From positions 4,322-68,321 of the IMG/VR virus record IMGVR_UViG_3300045988_138690: DNA of 64,000 nucleotides, one strand, 5' to 3'. Source of the DNA: a virus. Position numbers and translations under genes: made by a program. The notes beneath the pieces are model-generated. The model searched no databases and had not been told where the DNA came from. It saw nothing but the letters and a program-made list of their open reading frames with translations. Positions 61,888-64,000 of this stretch are shown one piece after another (the stretch's first letter is position 1; the number at the start of each line of letters is the position of its first letter).

Positions 61888-62552
61888 TTTTTGTTAAGTA
61901 TTTGATTAATAATTTCATTTGCAGCCGTTATCCGCTTCTCAAATTCGGCTATTACATCTTCATCCCTTGTTATCTCTACAATGTGAATGTTATGTTTCAA
62001 GAACGGGCAGAAAACGACAAAATCCGCTTTGTCTAAACCTGTACAGGACATCTCCGCTTGTGTTTGGTAGAAGTATATAGGATTTACTGATTTAAGTGTA
62101 TCGTTATCCTTGATCTCGTTCATATACTCCATGAACTTTTTAGGAGTTGGGCATTTCACCTCTACCACCTTTCTTAAAGCATCTTTAATTGCTATCCGGT
62201 CAGGTGAAGCGGAGAAGTAAGGTATTGTAGGATGCTGTATGCTTTCACACTCTTCAAGTTTGCATCCTGCGACAAGTTGGTAACGTTCTGCCGCAAATTC
62301 CTCGACCTCGTTCCCCCAATCAGTATATTTATTACTGAAGCTTACTTGCTGCTGGTATATCTCGAAGTAGTAATCGTCTTCAATATACTTAGGGAGTAGA
62401 TTTCTCTCTGCGCACACTTCATATATATAGGAAAGGGCTGTCTTTCCAAACAGTTCCCCTTTCTTCCCGCTTGTCATAAGGTCTCCAATGCGACTTCCCG
62501 TAAAAAAACCAATTCGAGACTTCAACCATTCACTTGAATTTTGTTCTATCAT
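61884..62552 (-). CDS. YqaJ/lambda-exonuclease-like recombination exonuclease
   Basis: SEWLKSRIGFFTGSRIGDLM N-terminus and a VEVKCP (PD-(D/E)xK) motif. Confidence 0.8.
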   Translation of the reverse strand: MIEQNSSEWLKSRIGFFTGSRIGDLMTSGKKGELFGKTALSYIYEVCAERNLLPKYIEDDYYFEIYQQQVSFSNKYTDWGNEVEEFAAERYQLVAGCKLEECESIQHPTIPYFSASPDRIAIKDALRKVVEVKCPTPKKFMEYMNEIKDNDTLKSVNPIYFYQTQAEMSCTGLDKADFVVFCPFLKHNIHIVEITRDEDVIAEFEKRITAANEIINQILNKK

Positions 62553-63403
62553 TGCGCTGGCTGGTTAAAGATTTCACCTGTTGTTTTATCAGCTACCGGC
62601 TCCATTGCCTTTCTCATAGCTTCTTTTTTTGCTTCCTTGCTTCCTCTGATTGGCTTCATAAGTTCATCAACGGTAGTATCTCCGTCTTTCAGAGACTGAA
62701 CAATTCCAAGAAGCAACGCTATTTCATCCGCTTTAATCTGATTGATTGTTTGTTTGTCGCACAACTTAATTGTTTCCTCCTCTGTAATACCGTATTCATC
62801 AAACAAGAAGTCTATTGCACCTTTTCTTCTTTTGATTATTTTTTCTTCATCGGATAGATCACCGGTGATAAATTTTTGTGCGGCCTTATATACCTTTTCA
62901 ACCACCGCTTTAGGAACAACGGCAAACACCGCATTTCTGTATGCAATGCTATTTGCTGCATTTCCGGTAACGGTAATCATATCATCGCTGAACCTATTTC
63001 CGTTTTTACCTACAATGCTTCTTCTCACCTCAAAGGCAGAGGCTACGTTAGCTTCCAAATCCCAGCAGGTGCCTCTACTGATTATTTGCTTGTCGGTGAT
63101 TTGAACTACCTTAGCTTCTGTTCTCATATTTCCCCAATTGGAAACAATAATCTTTGCAAGGTGAACGGACGGCCCGGTAATAGGCTTTCCACCGCGAGGC
63201 AACGCATACCCGCAGCTTTGAGCCGTTTCTGCATCCATTGTTGCCATAGCAATAGAATTGTCAACGCACCTTTTGATGCTTCTTGGATATTGTTTTGCTG
63301 TTGCAACTTGACTATCTACGTTTGCGCGTTCAACTGCATCTACCTGTACGATTTGAACATCTTGTGCTTCTACTGGAAGCACTTCATAATTTTCTAAACC
63401 CAT
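62549..63403 (-). CDS. Single-strand annealing protein (putative)
   Basis: Gene immediately upstream of the exonuclease, with a 4-nt overlap. Start taken at MGLENYE because the 63484 start would overlap the upstream gene by 62 nt. Confidence 0.5.
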   Translation of the reverse strand: MGLENYEVLPVEAQDVQIVQVDAVERANVDSQVATAKQYPRSIKRCVDNSIAMATMDAETAQSCGYALPRGGKPITGPSVHLAKIIVSNWGNMRTEAKVVQITDKQIISRGTCWDLEANVASAFEVRRSIVGKNGNRFSDDMITVTGNAANSIAYRNAVFAVVPKAVVEKVYKAAQKFITGDLSDEEKIIKRRKGAIDFLFDEYGITEEETIKLCDKQTINQIKADEIALLLGIVQSLKDGDTTVDELMKPIRGSKEAKKEAMRKAMEPVADKTTGEIFNQPAQ

Positions 63404-63422
63404 TATTTCTATATTTATTAGT

Positions 63423-63659
63423 TTAACAATATCTTGATAACCCCTGGATGACACAAAGGCCCATTCTCTCTTCTTCAAGCTCATCAGGGGTATAATCGTA
63501 TTGACTACATTCTATCTCTGTGCGCAACTCCTCTATATCTTCCTCTATAAGCTGGATAACCTCCTCCTTTGAAGAATATCCGTATTCAGGAAGATACGCC
63601 AAAGAGGAGGACTTTACTTTGTTCAGTTCCTTATATAATTCTTCAAGTTCATTTTCCAT
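63423..63659 (-). CDS. Acidic hypothetical protein (78 aa)
   Basis: ORF in the early string. Confidence 0.45.
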   Translation of the reverse strand: MENELEELYKELNKVKSSSLAYLPEYGYSSKEEVIQLIEEDIEELRTEIECSQYDYTPDELEEERMGLCVIQGLSRYC

Positions 63660-63770
63660 TATTTTTGCTTTTAAACCGCCTGTACAAGGTTAAATTAAAA
63701 CGGTGCGCACTTCGTTTCTCTCGCGGCTTTTAGTACAGTAATAGCACTACCTTATTGCGGTTGGAATAGG

Positions 63771-64000
63771 TCAAACCTCTATTATCTCAAATTTTCCTTT
63801 TCTGATATATATCTTATGGTTATAGTAATCTTTGACTATTGCGTAATCAGATTTCGGTCTAATATTACCCGTACAATCTTCTACATAAGAATTGCCGTAG
63901 GCTTCCACCGTTGCACTGTCGTAGGCTTCCACCGTTGCATTGCCGCAGGCTTCCACCGTTGCACTGCCGCAGGCTTTCACCGTTGCACTGTCGTAGGCTT
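63771..64000 (-). CDS. C-terminal part of a repeat protein (ATVEAYGN octapeptide repeats), continues beyond the right edge
   Basis: The frame stays open upstream of the GTG at 63980 out to the window edge. Confidence 0.55.
   Translation of the reverse strand, partial: AYDSATVKACGSATVEACGNATVEAYDSATVEAYGNSYVEDCTGNIRPKSDYAIVKDYYNHKIYIRKGKFEIIEV
63901..64000. repeat. 24-nt tandem repeat, at least 4 copies
   Basis: GCTTCCACCGTTGCACTGTCGTAG-like units at 63901, 63925, 63949 and 63973. Coding (8-aa repeat). Confidence 0.85.

Larger units (their letters stand above)
1..64000. mobile_element. Segment of a temperate siphovirus-like phage/prophage genome (likely Bacteroidota host)
   Basis: Packaging, head, tail, lysis, recombination and integrase genes fill the whole window. 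TAnnTTTG -7 boxes precede transcription units. No housekeeping genes seen. Confidence 0.85.

Noticed and set aside
854-63397. Many track ORFs antisense to, or nested in, longer genes. Examples: 854-1174, 1194-1547, 12351-12950, 16835-17443, 19428-19934, 21199-21567, 24337-24789, 36000-36500, 39642-40160, 42288-42872, 44760-45302, 60044-60550, 62876-63397.
   Set aside because: They lie opposite or inside longer ORFs that have recognisable motifs or operon context. Their composition is low-complexity (Ser/Leu/Phe-rich), typical of shadow frames, and they lack start contexts.
1-64000. CRISPR arrays, rRNA genes and canonical tRNA genes
   Set aside because: I saw no regularly spaced direct repeats with unique spacers. 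There are no rRNA-like conserved stretches. No segment of about 75-90 nt folds into a full cloverleaf. Only the two partial tRNA-like elements are reported.

Overview
The window looks like one long stretch of a temperate siphovirus-like phage or prophage. The host is probably Bacteroidota: TAnnTTTG -7 promoter boxes sit in front of several transcription units, and one integrase is the Bacteroides type.

Layout:
- 1-10.2 kb: lysogeny and replication block. It holds a CI-like HTH, two tyrosine recombinases, small orphan genes, an AT-rich ori-like region, a D5/P4-type NTPase and a ParB-like protein.
- 10.4-15.0 kb, minus strand: packaging operon (TerL, portal, MuF-like, TerS-like).
- 15.1-25.8 kb: Com-like zinc finger, then head and tail genes through the tape measure.
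- 25.8-30.2 kb: accessory island that splits the tail module.
- 30.3-42.8 kb: Dit, a 1698-aa Tal/fibre, two paralogous fibre-like genes flanking a retropepsin-like protease, holin, an LRR protein and an M15 endolysin.
- 42.9-48.7 kb: orphan genes, including an eight-gene operon with no recognisable function.
- 48.8-64.0 kb, minus strand: early genes (HAD, MazG-like, ASCH, methyltransferase, KilA-N/KilAC, RusA, SSB-like, YqaJ exonuclease, SSAP).

I found no rRNA, no canonical tRNA and no CRISPR array. Several small structured-RNA candidates and three G8/C8 homopolymer tracts stand out.

All family calls come from motifs recognised by eye. No database search or folding program was run, and boundaries of short ORFs and RNA candidates are approximate.
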